Source of the DNA: an uncultured Azospirillum sp.
GTDB lineage: Bacteria; Pseudomonadota; Alphaproteobacteria; RF32; CAG-239
Assembly: GCA_900539605.1 (NCBI GenBank)
Contig: UQCS01000006.1
Coordinates: 4,601-68,600 of the forward strand
Length of the DNA: 64,000 nt
Direction: 5' to 3'
Shown here: positions 53,657 through 62,810 of the stretch, piece by piece
How positions within the stretch are numbered: position 1 is the stretch's first letter
Layout: every line of letters begins with the position of its first letter
The notes under the pieces: generated by a model
What the model was told of the DNA's origin: nothing
The model's database searches: none
The model's input: only the letters and a program-made list of their open reading frames with translations
Position numbers and translations under genes: made by a program

Positions 53657-53752
53657 AAAAAAGGCGGAGAGACATCGACCTCAGACGGTTTCGTTACGGC
53701 TGCTTCCTTCCGAACCTGACCGGATTGGCGAACGTCCGACCCGATGCCCTCC
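53657..53752 (-). ncRNA. ffs: signal recognition particle RNA (4.5S, small bacterial SRP RNA)
   Basis: The minus strand reads GGAGGGCAUCGGGUCGGACG...CCGGUCAGGUUCGGAAGGAAGCAGCCGUAACG...CGUCUGAGGUCGAUGUCUCUCC followed by GCCUUUUUU. It contains the conserved domain IV motif (GGUCAGGUCCGGAAGGAAGCAGC-like), and the 5' and 3' ends pair. Classic position immediately upstream of dnaX. Confidence 0.85.
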
Positions 53753-53822
53753 ATAAAATACATCCTTTAATATCGTCAATTTCGCTTTAAGTTGCAAGTA
53801 AAAAATTGCCTCATCAACATGA

Positions 53823-55268
53823 TTAGAAAGAAAAGCGATATCCCTGATATCCGTCCGGTGTTTCAGAGTCGGACCGATAAGAGCTGCTGCCGAGCGGACG
53901 GCCGAAAATCTGCCGTTCGGCGACCGTCTGGTCTTTGCCGAAAATCAGCGGCGGATAATTGTCATAAACGGCAGCAATGTTTTCCGGCGTGCTTTCGGGG
54001 ATGACGGCGGAGAACTTTTTGGGAGCGAAATCGACAACCGTATCACCGGAAGGGCTGATTTCTATAATATCGAGGCTGTGTTCGTTTTTGCCGTTGGGCA
54101 GAATTCTGAAGACGCCGCTGATTCCGACAAATCCGTCTTCGGTAGTGATGGCGGCGTCGATGTTGGCCGGTTTGTTGCGCGCCAGCGCTGCCGACAAAGC
54201 CACTGCATCATAGGCAAAGGCATACAGGCTTTGCGGATATTCGTTAAACAAAGCGTGATATTTTTTGTTGAAATAGGCATTGTGATTGCGTGAAAGGGCC
54301 GGATACCAGCTGCCTTTCAGCGTGCTTTCCTTGTTAAGCCGGGTGTTTTCCCAAACTGAGGTACCGAGGAATTTGACTTCGGGGGCAAATACGTCATAAT
54401 AGCCGAACATGGCTACCGCCGATTTTAAACGGGCGCCCGATTCCGGCAACAACACCGCATCAAAGTCAACGCCGCGATCGGTATCTTTGGCGTTCAATTG
54501 CCGCAGGGCTTTTTGAGCGTTGACATCACCTTTGGCAGCCAGAGCTTTTAAATGGTTTTTTTGTTTATTGACCCCGGCGGCACGGCGGTCATAGTCGGTC
54601 AGTTTGCGGATGATGTCGGAAAAATCGGTGGAAGAGGGCGGATAAAAAGCAATTCTGACCACTCGTGCACCATGGGCGGCAGCGGCACCGACCGCAGCTT
54701 TGGCAACCGCGATACCGGTACTGTTGTCCGGTACCAGCAGGGCAAAATTGTGACGGCCGTTGCCGGCGGCATATTTAACGATCCGGTTGACTTGTTCTTC
54801 CACCAACAGGCCCAGAGTATAAATCTGGCTTTGCAAAACATCGGAACTGGAAGAAAAAGCGACTACCGGCACCCCCTTGGCTTTGGTTTGATATGAAATT
54901 GCTTGAACCGAGCTGCTGGTGAGCGGTCCGATAATCATCTGCGCTTTTTGGTTAAGAGCGTTTTCGGCGGCGGTTCTTGCACCTTCGGGGGAGCTTTGGG
55001 TATCGTAAAACTGCAAGATTAAATTAGGATTATTCATATCTTCGAGTGCCATCAGCGACGCTTTTTTCAGTCCCTGTCCGTAGCGCGAAGCTTCTCCGGT
55101 TAGCGGCAACAAAACCCCGACCCGAAAAGCGGAGGGACGGTTAAACGAAGATTCGTCAATATCCGAGATGCTGTCATGGATTCCGCTTCCGGTGGTTACT
55201 ATCGGCGAACGGCAGCTGAGCAGCACGGCTGTCAGAGCGAGCACACAAACTTTTTTTAACACTTGCAT
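53823..55268 (-). CDS. LpoA-like penicillin-binding-protein activator lipoprotein (type 1 periplasmic-binding-protein fold)
   Basis: 481 aa. Lipobox LLSC. Leu/Ile/Val-binding-protein-like fold (VGVLLPLTGEASRYGQ...). Divergent from rsmI-yraN, mirroring E. coli rsmI / lpoA-yraN synteny. Confidence 0.65.
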   Translation of the reverse strand: MQVLKKVCVLALTAVLLSCRSPIVTTGSGIHDSISDIDESSFNRPSAFRVGVLLPLTGEASRYGQGLKKASLMALEDMNNPNLILQFYDTQSSPEGARTAAENALNQKAQMIIGPLTSSSVQAISYQTKAKGVPVVAFSSSSDVLQSQIYTLGLLVEEQVNRIVKYAAGNGRHNFALLVPDNSTGIAVAKAAVGAAAAHGARVVRIAFYPPSSTDFSDIIRKLTDYDRRAAGVNKQKNHLKALAAKGDVNAQKALRQLNAKDTDRGVDFDAVLLPESGARLKSAVAMFGYYDVFAPEVKFLGTSVWENTRLNKESTLKGSWYPALSRNHNAYFNKKYHALFNEYPQSLYAFAYDAVALSAALARNKPANIDAAITTEDGFVGISGVFRILPNGKNEHSLDIIEISPSGDTVVDFAPKKFSAVIPESTPENIAAVYDNYPPLIFGKDQTVAERQIFGRPLGSSSYRSDSETPDGYQGYRFSF

Positions 55269-55348
55269 TTTTTCCTAAAATCGAAAACAATTACCTTCGT
55301 TAATTTAAATTAAAAAACCGTTGTTGTAAAGGGGCAGGAAGATAATAA

Positions 55349-56191
55349 ATGATGAAAAAAGGCTTGTACATCGTCGCAACGCCGATCGGTAATCTCGGCG
55401 ATCTGACCGCGCGGGCTGCCGAAGTGTTGTCGGCGGCACCGTATATTGCCTGCGAAGATACCCGGGTAACCAAAAAACTGTTCTCACTGCTCGGAATCGG
55501 CTTAGACAAGAAATTTATAACTTACGAAGATCACAGCGAAGAACAAAAGGCTCAGGGGATCGTTGATTTGATCGAACGCGAAGAAGCCATGGTGGCATTG
55601 GTTAGCGACGCTGGTTCGCCGTTGATTTCGGATCCGGGGTACAAGCTGGTGCGCCGTTGTCGCGAGCAGGGCGTTCCGGTCTATACGCTGCCGGGGTGTT
55701 GTGCGATCATCTGCGCTTTGCAGCTGTCGGGGCTGCCGACCAACCGTTTTATGTTTGCCGGTTTTATTCCCAACAAAGAAAAAGGACGTGCCGATTTATT
55801 TGTCGAACTGGCGACGATAGATACCACCTTGGTTTTTTACGAAACCGCACCGCGGCTTTTGAAAACACTGACCGCCGCCGCGATTGCTTTTCCACAGCGC
55901 GAAATGGCGGTTGCGCGTGAGATAACCAAAATGTACGAAGAATGTGTAAACGGCACCGCCGAGCAATTGATTGCCCATTTCAGCCAAAATCCCCCAAAAG
56001 GCGAAATTGTTCTGATGGTGGCGCCGCCAGATACGGGAGCCGTTGCTGCCACAATTGATTTGAACAGTGTTTTAAAGAGCAAAATGCAAACAATGCCGCT
56101 CAAAACGGCGGTTACCGAAATCGTGAAAGCTTATGGATTGAATAAAAACGAAGTGTACCGGCTGGCGGTTAAAATTAAAAATGAAAGCTGA
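55349..56191 (+). CDS. rsmI: 16S rRNA (cytidine1402-2'-O)-methyltransferase RsmI
   Basis: 280 aa. LYIVATPIGNLGDLTARA, CEDTR, SDAGSPLISDPG motifs. Confidence 0.9.
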   Translation: MMKKGLYIVATPIGNLGDLTARAAEVLSAAPYIACEDTRVTKKLFSLLGIGLDKKFITYEDHSEEQKAQGIVDLIEREEAMVALVSDAGSPLISDPGYKLVRRCREQGVPVYTLPGCCAIICALQLSGLPTNRFMFAGFIPNKEKGRADLFVELATIDTTLVFYETAPRLLKTLTAAAIAFPQREMAVAREITKMYEECVNGTAEQLIAHFSQNPPKGEIVLMVAPPDTGAVAATIDLNSVLKSKMQTMPLKTAVTEIVKAYGLNKNEVYRLAVKIKNES

Positions 56192-56537
56192 TACCAAAGG
56201 ACATCTGGCCGAATTTTTGGCGCGTATGCTTTTTCGCTGCAAGGGCTATCGCGTAATTGCGGCCAATTATGTTACCGGACGCGGCACCCGTGCCGGCGAA
56301 GTTGACTTTATTGCCATTCGCGGCAAAACAGTTGTCTTTGTTGAAGTAAAACAGCGTTCAAGTCTTGACAAAGCCGCCGAGGCGGTTTTGTCACGGCAAC
56401 AAAAACGAATTTGGCGCGGCGCCGAAGCCTTTTTGCAAAAACATCCGCAATATGCCGATTATGATATTCGTTTTGATGTGGTTATGGTGAAACTGCCGTT
56501 TAAAATCCGCCATTTAACTGACGCTTTTCGATTCTGA
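56181..56537 (+). CDS. yraN: YraN-family (UPF0102) endonuclease-like protein
   Basis: 118 aa. GEVDFIA...VVFVEVK PD-(D/E)xK-like core. 11-nt overlap with rsmI. Confidence 0.8.
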   Translation: MKADTKGHLAEFLARMLFRCKGYRVIAANYVTGRGTRAGEVDFIAIRGKTVVFVEVKQRSSLDKAAEAVLSRQQKRIWRGAEAFLQKHPQYADYDIRFDVVMVKLPFKIRHLTDAFRF

Positions 56538-56545
56538 TAAAATTT

Positions 56546-57205
56546 TCAGGCCTTAAGGCAGACATCGGGTGCACGAAGGTAAAGCGGTTTGGGATAATCG
56601 GTTTTTTTAAGACGGAATTTTTCGTTTCCGCAAGCGGCAAGAGTCTCGATAGACAAACAGTCTTCCATGCGGATTACGTGCAGGCTGAGGCCGGAAGGAC
56701 GATTCAGAAAACGTTCCACCCCGTCACCGGTCAGGGTTACTTTTTTATGCCGCAGGCGATCGACAATTGTTTCATAATCCAAAGCTTCGGGTTCGCCTAA
56801 TTTGTTTTTTCGATCGTCAAAACATTGAAAGTAGAAGTCTTCGCGTTTGGTTTCGATAATGACGGCATTGTAGAAAGCCAGTTCTTCGGGCGCCAGATCG
56901 TGAACATAGGCCTCAAAAGCCGATACCCCGGTGAGAGCGGTTTTCAGCAACGCCAAACCAAGCGTGCGTGCCGCAGCCAGAGACGAACGGACCCCCGTGA
57001 AAGACCCCGGACCGCAGCAAACGGTGATCAGATCGAGTTCCGCAGGTTGCAACTGCCGCTTCTGCAAAATTTCCCGAATGGCCGGGAACAGTGCTTCCGC
57101 TTGTCCGAAGTCCATTTTTTTTACATACTTCTCCAGCGTTTTTCCGTCTTCGGTCAAAAGAACCGAGCAACTGCCGGCCGTGGTGTCAAAAGCTAAATTA
57201 AGCAT
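56546..57205 (-). CDS. tsaB: tRNA t6A37 biosynthesis protein TsaB (YeaZ)
   Basis: 219 aa. LAFDTTAGSCSVLL, GPGSFTGVR motifs. Confidence 0.85.
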   Translation of the reverse strand: MLNLAFDTTAGSCSVLLTEDGKTLEKYVKKMDFGQAEALFPAIREILQKRQLQPAELDLITVCCGPGSFTGVRSSLAAARTLGLALLKTALTGVSAFEAYVHDLAPEELAFYNAVIIETKREDFYFQCFDDRKNKLGEPEALDYETIVDRLRHKKVTLTGDGVERFLNRPSGLSLHVIRMEDCLSIETLAACGNEKFRLKKTDYPKPLYLRAPDVCLKA

Positions 57206-57307
57206 CTTTTTTGTTTACCGTTTGTTTTTAAAATTTTACTTGTTTTTGCTTTTATATTATAAAATTAAATGACAGACAATCAATTTTAATGGTAAAAAAG
57301 CAAAAAA

Positions 57308-58981
57308 ATGAACCGAGAGCTGCTTTCCGATATGTTTTTTGCCGCACCCGAACTGTGGTATGCGGTTTTGCTGGTTTTTGCGTTGCTGGCCTGGCTGGCG
57401 GCATCCAACTATGTCCGTCTGCTGAAACTAAAGCGCAAAAATTATTTTGTCCGTCGGGACCGGGAACGTTATGCCGAAACGCTCTATGCTTCCAAAGATG
57501 GTTATTTTGCTTTTATTTATCCTGACGACCGGGTTAATGACGCTTCCTTTGCCGTTTCTGAACGGTGTTCGCGCCGGTTGGCGGTACTACTTGGTTTACC
57601 CGCCGGTACCGATACGTCGTTTGAAGGTGTTTTGAAGGGTTTTTACAAAGAAGATGCCGACAAAATCTTGAAATATACTGCCTTGCTGAGAGAAGACGGA
57701 GTATCTTTTGAAGACCGTTTTGAATTGAAAAACGGCAAAAAAATGATACTGAACGGTGTTCGGATAAGCGGCAGTGACGGCGCCGTGTACAGCGATATCA
57801 TCTGGTTTCGCGACATCAGTTATGTAGCGGCACAGATTGACGGCCTGCAAAAAGAGAAGCAGTTGAGCGATCGCCGTGCCGACGATCTGAAAGATCTGGT
57901 CGATAACCTTCCTTGTCCGGTCTGGATGAGAACGCCGCAATTGTCTTTGAAAATTGTCAACAAGAAATATCTGGAATTTTGCGGCGGCAAGTACAATGAT
58001 GTTTTGGAAAGCGGCGATTTTGAGATTGCCGGTGCGGAAACGCGGGAACTGGCCCAATCGGCGCAAGATTCCAATAAAATGCGTAAAAAATATGTTCATC
58101 TTAATCAAAACGGAGAGCATCGCTGTTTCGAAGTGACCGAAACACCTTTTCACGTCGAACAGAGTCTGGACAAAATTGCCACCGTCGGTATGATGACCGA
58201 TGTCAGCAGTCTGGACAATCTGCGCCGCAACCTTAAACAAAACCAGAATATGCATCTGGAAATTCTGGCTTCGTTGGGAACGGCGATTGCGGTTTTTGAC
58301 AGTTCGTGCAAACTGATCTTTTGCAACCGGGCATTTATCCGTTTGTGGGAGTTGGACGAGAATTGGCTTGAAGAACATTCGGCGTATGGTGCCTTTTTGG
58401 ATTATTTGCGCGAGAAAAGATTGTTGCCGGAAGTTCCGGATTATCCGCATTATCGTAACGAAGAACATAAAATGTTTACCGCCATCATGGAACCGAAAGA
58501 AGACCTGCTGCATTTGCCGGACGGCCGCAGCCTTCGGCGGATTCGGGCGCCGCATCTTAAGGGCGGTCTGATTTTTGCCTTTGAAGACATTACCGATCGT
58601 TTGACTGCCCGCCGGGAATATAATGCGTTGTTCAGCGTTCAACAGGAAATATTAAACAATATCGAAGAAGCGGTGCTGATTTTCGGTCCCGACGGCCGTT
58701 TGCAATTTTATAACCAGGCCTATGTCAATATGTGGGATGCCGATGAAGTGATGTTGCAAAAAGAGCCCTCTTTTGCCGAAATACTCGAAACTCAGAAAGT
58801 TTTCTTCAGCCGGGTCAGCAATTGGGAGGAGTTGAAAAAAGATATTCTGAACCATATTTTCAGCAGCACGACCCGGGCGTTCAGCCTCAACCGAAGCGAT
58901 GATTTGCGCATTGAATGTTTTTCTTCACTGCTGTCCAACGAGTCGATCATGGTTTTGATGCACAAGACGGCTTCCGTATAA
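57308..58981 (+). CDS. membrane-anchored multi-PAS-domain sensor protein without a recognisable output domain
   Basis: 557 aa. N-terminal TM, then about three PAS-like modules (e.g. LPCPVWMRTPQLSLKIVNKKYLEFCG; GTAIAVFDSSCKLIFCNRAFIRLW; EEAVLIFGPDGRLQFYNQAYVNMW). I see no H-box, HATPase, GGDEF, EAL or HTH motifs. Confidence 0.65.
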   Translation: MNRELLSDMFFAAPELWYAVLLVFALLAWLAASNYVRLLKLKRKNYFVRRDRERYAETLYASKDGYFAFIYPDDRVNDASFAVSERCSRRLAVLLGLPAGTDTSFEGVLKGFYKEDADKILKYTALLREDGVSFEDRFELKNGKKMILNGVRISGSDGAVYSDIIWFRDISYVAAQIDGLQKEKQLSDRRADDLKDLVDNLPCPVWMRTPQLSLKIVNKKYLEFCGGKYNDVLESGDFEIAGAETRELAQSAQDSNKMRKKYVHLNQNGEHRCFEVTETPFHVEQSLDKIATVGMMTDVSSLDNLRRNLKQNQNMHLEILASLGTAIAVFDSSCKLIFCNRAFIRLWELDENWLEEHSAYGAFLDYLREKRLLPEVPDYPHYRNEEHKMFTAIMEPKEDLLHLPDGRSLRRIRAPHLKGGLIFAFEDITDRLTARREYNALFSVQQEILNNIEEAVLIFGPDGRLQFYNQAYVNMWDADEVMLQKEPSFAEILETQKVFFSRVSNWEELKKDILNHIFSSTTRAFSLNRSDDLRIECFSSLLSNESIMVLMHKTASV

Positions 58982-59049
58982 TATTTGACAAAATTGTAAA
59001 AAACATTTAAATTAACAATAACCGGATACCGATAAACAGAGGAAGTTTG

Positions 59050-60417
59050 ATGGACGATATTTTTTCAGATTCGAAGAATGACGACGCCAAAGAAGGCGAT
59101 TCGAATATTGAATGGAAAAAAAGCGGAATAGACAAGCATGAAAGGCTTACCCTTAAGACCAACGTCAGGGAGGCCAACCTCTATAATGCCGGAAAACCGA
59201 ACGATCTTAAAAGCAAGCCCAAAGTCCGGACGCCGTTGGAAGTTCCGAAGGGTTTTAAAAAAGTCAGCCGCAAGATCCGCGATGCCATGGACGAAGAAGA
59301 TGATGAAGACGATTATATTCTGATACCGGTATTTGAGGATGTGCGCGAAAGTTCGCTGATGCGTGCTCTGACCGATGACGAAAAGAAAATTTTACGGCAA
59401 AACGAAAATCTCAATGCGATCCGCTTGCAGGAAAATATCGGCAAAGAAGCCGCAATTGCACAAGCCGAACGGGTGATTATGCAGGCCGGCCTCGGCAAAG
59501 CCGATGCGCGCGTTCTGGATGAACAACGTCTGAAAGCCGGCAGAGTCTCGGTTCAGGAGGTTGTGGCCGAAGCTGCTAAGCAAAAAGCGCTGTCGAAAGT
59601 GTCTGCCAAGTCCCGTAACGAAAATAAGCCGCCGCGCCGTGACGAAGCGAAAGCACGGGCCGCCGCCAAGGAAATTGCCCGCAGCAAGGATAAAGAGGCT
59701 AAGGAAGTTGCCCGAAAACTGAAAGAAGCACAGTTGAAGGCCGAGCAAAAACTCCGAGAAGAAAAAGCAGTCAAAGATGTTCGACAGCCGCAACAAACGG
59801 AGCAAGATCGTCTCCACGAAGCAGAAGCTGCCCAAGCTGCGGCGTTGGAGGCAAAAGTTGCCGCAGAGCAGAAAACGGAAGAAAAAACCCCGCCGCCTGC
59901 AGAAACCCAAACCTTACCGCAAAATGTAAAGGAAACCGAAGTTATCAAAGAAGAAAAACTTTCGATTAAAGAAGACGAAAAAGCACCGGCAGAACGGCCG
60001 CAGCCGGAAGTCTCTTCGGTTAAGGAAGAAAAAACCGATCAAAAAGCAAAACCCGAGGTTGAAAAAGATCAGGTAAACAAAGACCGGATCAATCAAAAAG
60101 AAGAATCTGGCAAACCGGAAACCGAAATTAAGCCGAAAACCGAGCCCGAAACGGTCAAAGAGCAACCCAAAAACGAAGAAGCTGTCAAACAGACGGCCAA
60201 AGAAATCGTGAAGGAAGCGGAACAAAAACCGCAGCCTCAGAGAGAAAGCAAAGCTGAGAAAGAAAAAGAAATCAAAGAACTGATTATGGAAAAAAGCGGC
60301 CGTACTTATAATGACCGCTATCCGAAAAAGGAAATTGACAAATCGCAATTGTCGGAAAAAGAGTATCAAAAGATGCTCGAAGCTCAGGTCAAAATGTATC
60401 AGGATCGCGAGCGCTGA
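59050..60417 (+). CDS. K/E/A/Q/P-rich low-complexity (predicted disordered) protein
   Basis: 455 aa from ATG 59050 (GAGGAAG SD). No TM or signal peptide. The central ~300 aa are almost entirely charged, with no exact tandem repeat. The antisense frames give mirror-image F/L-rich ORFs. Confidence 0.55.
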   Translation: MDDIFSDSKNDDAKEGDSNIEWKKSGIDKHERLTLKTNVREANLYNAGKPNDLKSKPKVRTPLEVPKGFKKVSRKIRDAMDEEDDEDDYILIPVFEDVRESSLMRALTDDEKKILRQNENLNAIRLQENIGKEAAIAQAERVIMQAGLGKADARVLDEQRLKAGRVSVQEVVAEAAKQKALSKVSAKSRNENKPPRRDEAKARAAAKEIARSKDKEAKEVARKLKEAQLKAEQKLREEKAVKDVRQPQQTEQDRLHEAEAAQAAALEAKVAAEQKTEEKTPPPAETQTLPQNVKETEVIKEEKLSIKEDEKAPAERPQPEVSSVKEEKTDQKAKPEVEKDQVNKDRINQKEESGKPETEIKPKTEPETVKEQPKNEEAVKQTAKEIVKEAEQKPQPQRESKAEKEKEIKELIMEKSGRTYNDRYPKKEIDKSQLSEKEYQKMLEAQVKMYQDRER

Positions 60418-60440
60418 TTGACTGTATCTTTTTCAGTCAC

Positions 60441-61709
60441 TTACAAATAGCCGCCCTGACGGAAGTTTTTGCTTGCAAACAGATTGTCGATAATTTTTTC
60501 AATGTTTTCAAACTGTTTGGTTTCAATCAGGTCGACAATTTTGACTTCCTGTTCGGTCAACGGCCGGTTGATGCCGATTGAATCGTAAAATGTATTAGCG
60601 CTTTTTAGCATGTTGGCGGCAATGTCACGACTGCCGAGTTCGCTGTAATATGAAGCCATCATTTTGTTGGCGTTGGCAATTTGCTGGGTATAAATACCTT
60701 CATCGGCGATATTGAGGACGTTGCTGTAGGCCCACACAGCTTTTTCCTGCATATCTTCGCGCAAATACATATCACCGAGCCGCCCCCACGCGGTGACGTT
60801 GCGCGGGTTCATTTCGATCGCCAGTTCAAAAGCGGAAATGGCCAGGCGGTTGTGGCTGAAGGCTGCCAGCGAACCGAAAATGGTGGCGCAGTTGGAAGCT
60901 TCGCACCAAGCTTTGTCCTGCTCGCGTCCGGCAACCATCGCCTTAATGGCCGCGATTTTCCTGTCAATCAGTTCTTCCGTCAATACCAGCGCCAGCGAGC
61001 TGTCGCCGTTGGCAAGATGAAACAGTGCTGCATCTTCCTGCGGCAGGGTTTTATGCGGGTTGAGATTTTGAAAACGGCCGCTGACACAAAGGTAAATAAA
61101 AAATTTGATTGCCGTAATCGTTTGGATGACATCGTCTTCGCTGTTAAGATGCTGATTTTTGTACATGATGGTCTGGGCAATTTTCGGTTCGTCGACGCTA
61201 CGTTCCAGCATATCCATGATTAATCCGGTCAGCGTAATCAGTTTTTGCGGTTTAAATTGATATTGAAAGGCATCGGGAACCGGAATTTTATCTTCTTTTT
61301 TCGCCGATGCCGCGTTCTTTTTCCAGTCAAAATCGAGCGGCATGGCTTTTTTGTCGGGTTTATGGCGTCGTTTGCCCGGCTGGTCAAGTTCGTTTTTGTT
61401 CAGCGGACTGCCGCTGCCCGGGTCGGCATCGTCTTCCAGCGCCAGCCTTTTGTTAAGACGGTTGTCGAGTTTACTGCGATATTCGCGTTCCAGCATCCGT
61501 TCGCGCTGAATCGAGGCCACAATGGATTTGACATACCATACCAGAATCAGACAAAGAACCAGAATCAGTGTCATCAAAAACAAAATGAGCGCTGCCGTTT
61601 TGGCACTGCTCAATCCGGAAAGATAACTGCCGACGGAAAGGTGTAAGGCCTCAAGCTTGGCTGCGGCATAGCGAAAAATTTGAGAAAAGTCGAAAATCTG
61701 GTCCATCAT
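60441..61709 (-). CDS. membrane-anchored TPR-repeat protein
   Basis: Start taken at MMDQIF (61709). One TM (AALILFLMTLILVLCLILVWYV), charged linker, C-terminal TPR-like repeats (AIEMNPRNVTAWGRLGDMYLREDMQEKAVWAYSNVLNI). Confidence 0.6.
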   Translation of the reverse strand: MMDQIFDFSQIFRYAAAKLEALHLSVGSYLSGLSSAKTAALILFLMTLILVLCLILVWYVKSIVASIQRERMLEREYRSKLDNRLNKRLALEDDADPGSGSPLNKNELDQPGKRRHKPDKKAMPLDFDWKKNAASAKKEDKIPVPDAFQYQFKPQKLITLTGLIMDMLERSVDEPKIAQTIMYKNQHLNSEDDVIQTITAIKFFIYLCVSGRFQNLNPHKTLPQEDAALFHLANGDSSLALVLTEELIDRKIAAIKAMVAGREQDKAWCEASNCATIFGSLAAFSHNRLAISAFELAIEMNPRNVTAWGRLGDMYLREDMQEKAVWAYSNVLNIADEGIYTQQIANANKMMASYYSELGSRDIAANMLKSANTFYDSIGINRPLTEQEVKIVDLIETKQFENIEKIIDNLFASKNFRQGGYL

Positions 61710-61819
61710 GTTTTTAAGACACCGTTTGCAAAAGATTATTTTCAGTATAGACACATCTGCTAAAAATGTATTATATTCAAACAAGCTTTAAAAACAACAA
61801 AAAAGAAAAGTCTGACAAA

Positions 61820-62719
61820 ATGGGTTATCTTGCACAAAGAAAAAAACATATCCGTACTGATTTCATATTAAAAAGTCTGATTGTGCTGCTGGGGCTTTTT
61901 TCGCTGATTGCTTTTGCCGAAAATGCACCCGGTCAGTTTTTCAATCAATGGCGTTTTCAATTTTATTTGCTTTCGCTGGTGATAACTCTCTATGCTTTGG
62001 CAAGCCGCTTCTTTTTGTATTCTTTTTTGGCTCTGTTGCTGATGCTGCTTAATTTCTTCGTGGTTTCTTCTTCGGTGCCGGTTTTGTTTTCGGGCGGCAG
62101 CCTGCAAAAAACAGTGCCGCTGAGCTTTGTTTATCAGCGGCAAACTTCGTCGCTGCTGGATGTTTTCGAAACCGCGGCCGCTCGTCAGGCTGCCATGTTG
62201 GCTGTGGTCAATCCGCTTTTTGGGGGCAGCAAGGCAGCCGGATTGATGCCGAAAGATTATCATCTTGCCGGAAATGTTGAAAACGGCAGTTTTATGGTTA
62301 CATCGGAAAAGCCGCTCGGTGCCGGCCGGATCAATCTTGGCGGGCGCAATACGGCAGCTTTTGCAGCGATTGAGATCAAAGATCGGAAATATGTTTTTTT
62401 GAGTCTGGACCTTTCGCGGCAAACGCCGGCCGAGCGGGAACAGGCTTTGGGATATATCAACAATTTTGTGGCTTCGCAGGATGATCCGGTTATTATCTTC
62501 GGTGATTTCGGTATCCCTGCTTGGGCGCCGGCTTTCGGGCGCTTTCTGGACAGCAGCGGGCTGGAAGTCAAAAACGACTTGTTCTCCCTACTGCGGAACG
62601 TCATTTTTCCGCCGACCTGGTATATAACCGGTTACCGCAATCTGGAGTTTGACAGCAGCCGCCGTCTTCCCCGTCGCGACAACCGCTTTGCGCCGGTGCT
62701 TTTCCGTCTCAAATTTTGA
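61820..62719 (+). CDS. membrane-anchored endonuclease/exonuclease/phosphatase (EEP)-fold-like protein, catalytic motifs apparently substituted
   Basis: Start taken at MGYLAQ (61820). 3 N-terminal TM segments. IIFGDFGIPAWAP aligns by eye with the EEP GDFNxxPWS block (N to G), and C-terminal RDNRFAPVLF aligns with SDHxPV (H to N). Confidence 0.45.
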   Translation: MGYLAQRKKHIRTDFILKSLIVLLGLFSLIAFAENAPGQFFNQWRFQFYLLSLVITLYALASRFFLYSFLALLLMLLNFFVVSSSVPVLFSGGSLQKTVPLSFVYQRQTSSLLDVFETAAARQAAMLAVVNPLFGGSKAAGLMPKDYHLAGNVENGSFMVTSEKPLGAGRINLGGRNTAAFAAIEIKDRKYVFLSLDLSRQTPAEREQALGYINNFVASQDDPVIIFGDFGIPAWAPAFGRFLDSSGLEVKNDLFSLLRNVIFPPTWYITGYRNLEFDSSRRLPRRDNRFAPVLFRLKF

Positions 62720-62810
62720 GAAGCGGGCAGAAAAATTTACTCTCTGTTAGGGTTTATGGTTTTATACTTGGCACAAAATCTGCAATTGTATTAAAACAGG
62801 ATAAATTATC

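Noticed and set aside
57596-58642. 348-aa ORF on the minus strand
   Set aside because: It lies entirely antisense to the PAS-domain gene. It has a low-complexity, F/Q/R-rich composition with no motif, whereas the sense frame shows PAS-like blocks and normal codon usage.
59392-60369. Minus-strand ORFs 59392-59910 and 59914-60369 (F/L/R-rich)
   Set aside because: They are reverse-complement images of the K/E-rich gene (AAA/GAA codons read as TTT/TTC). This is a composition artefact.
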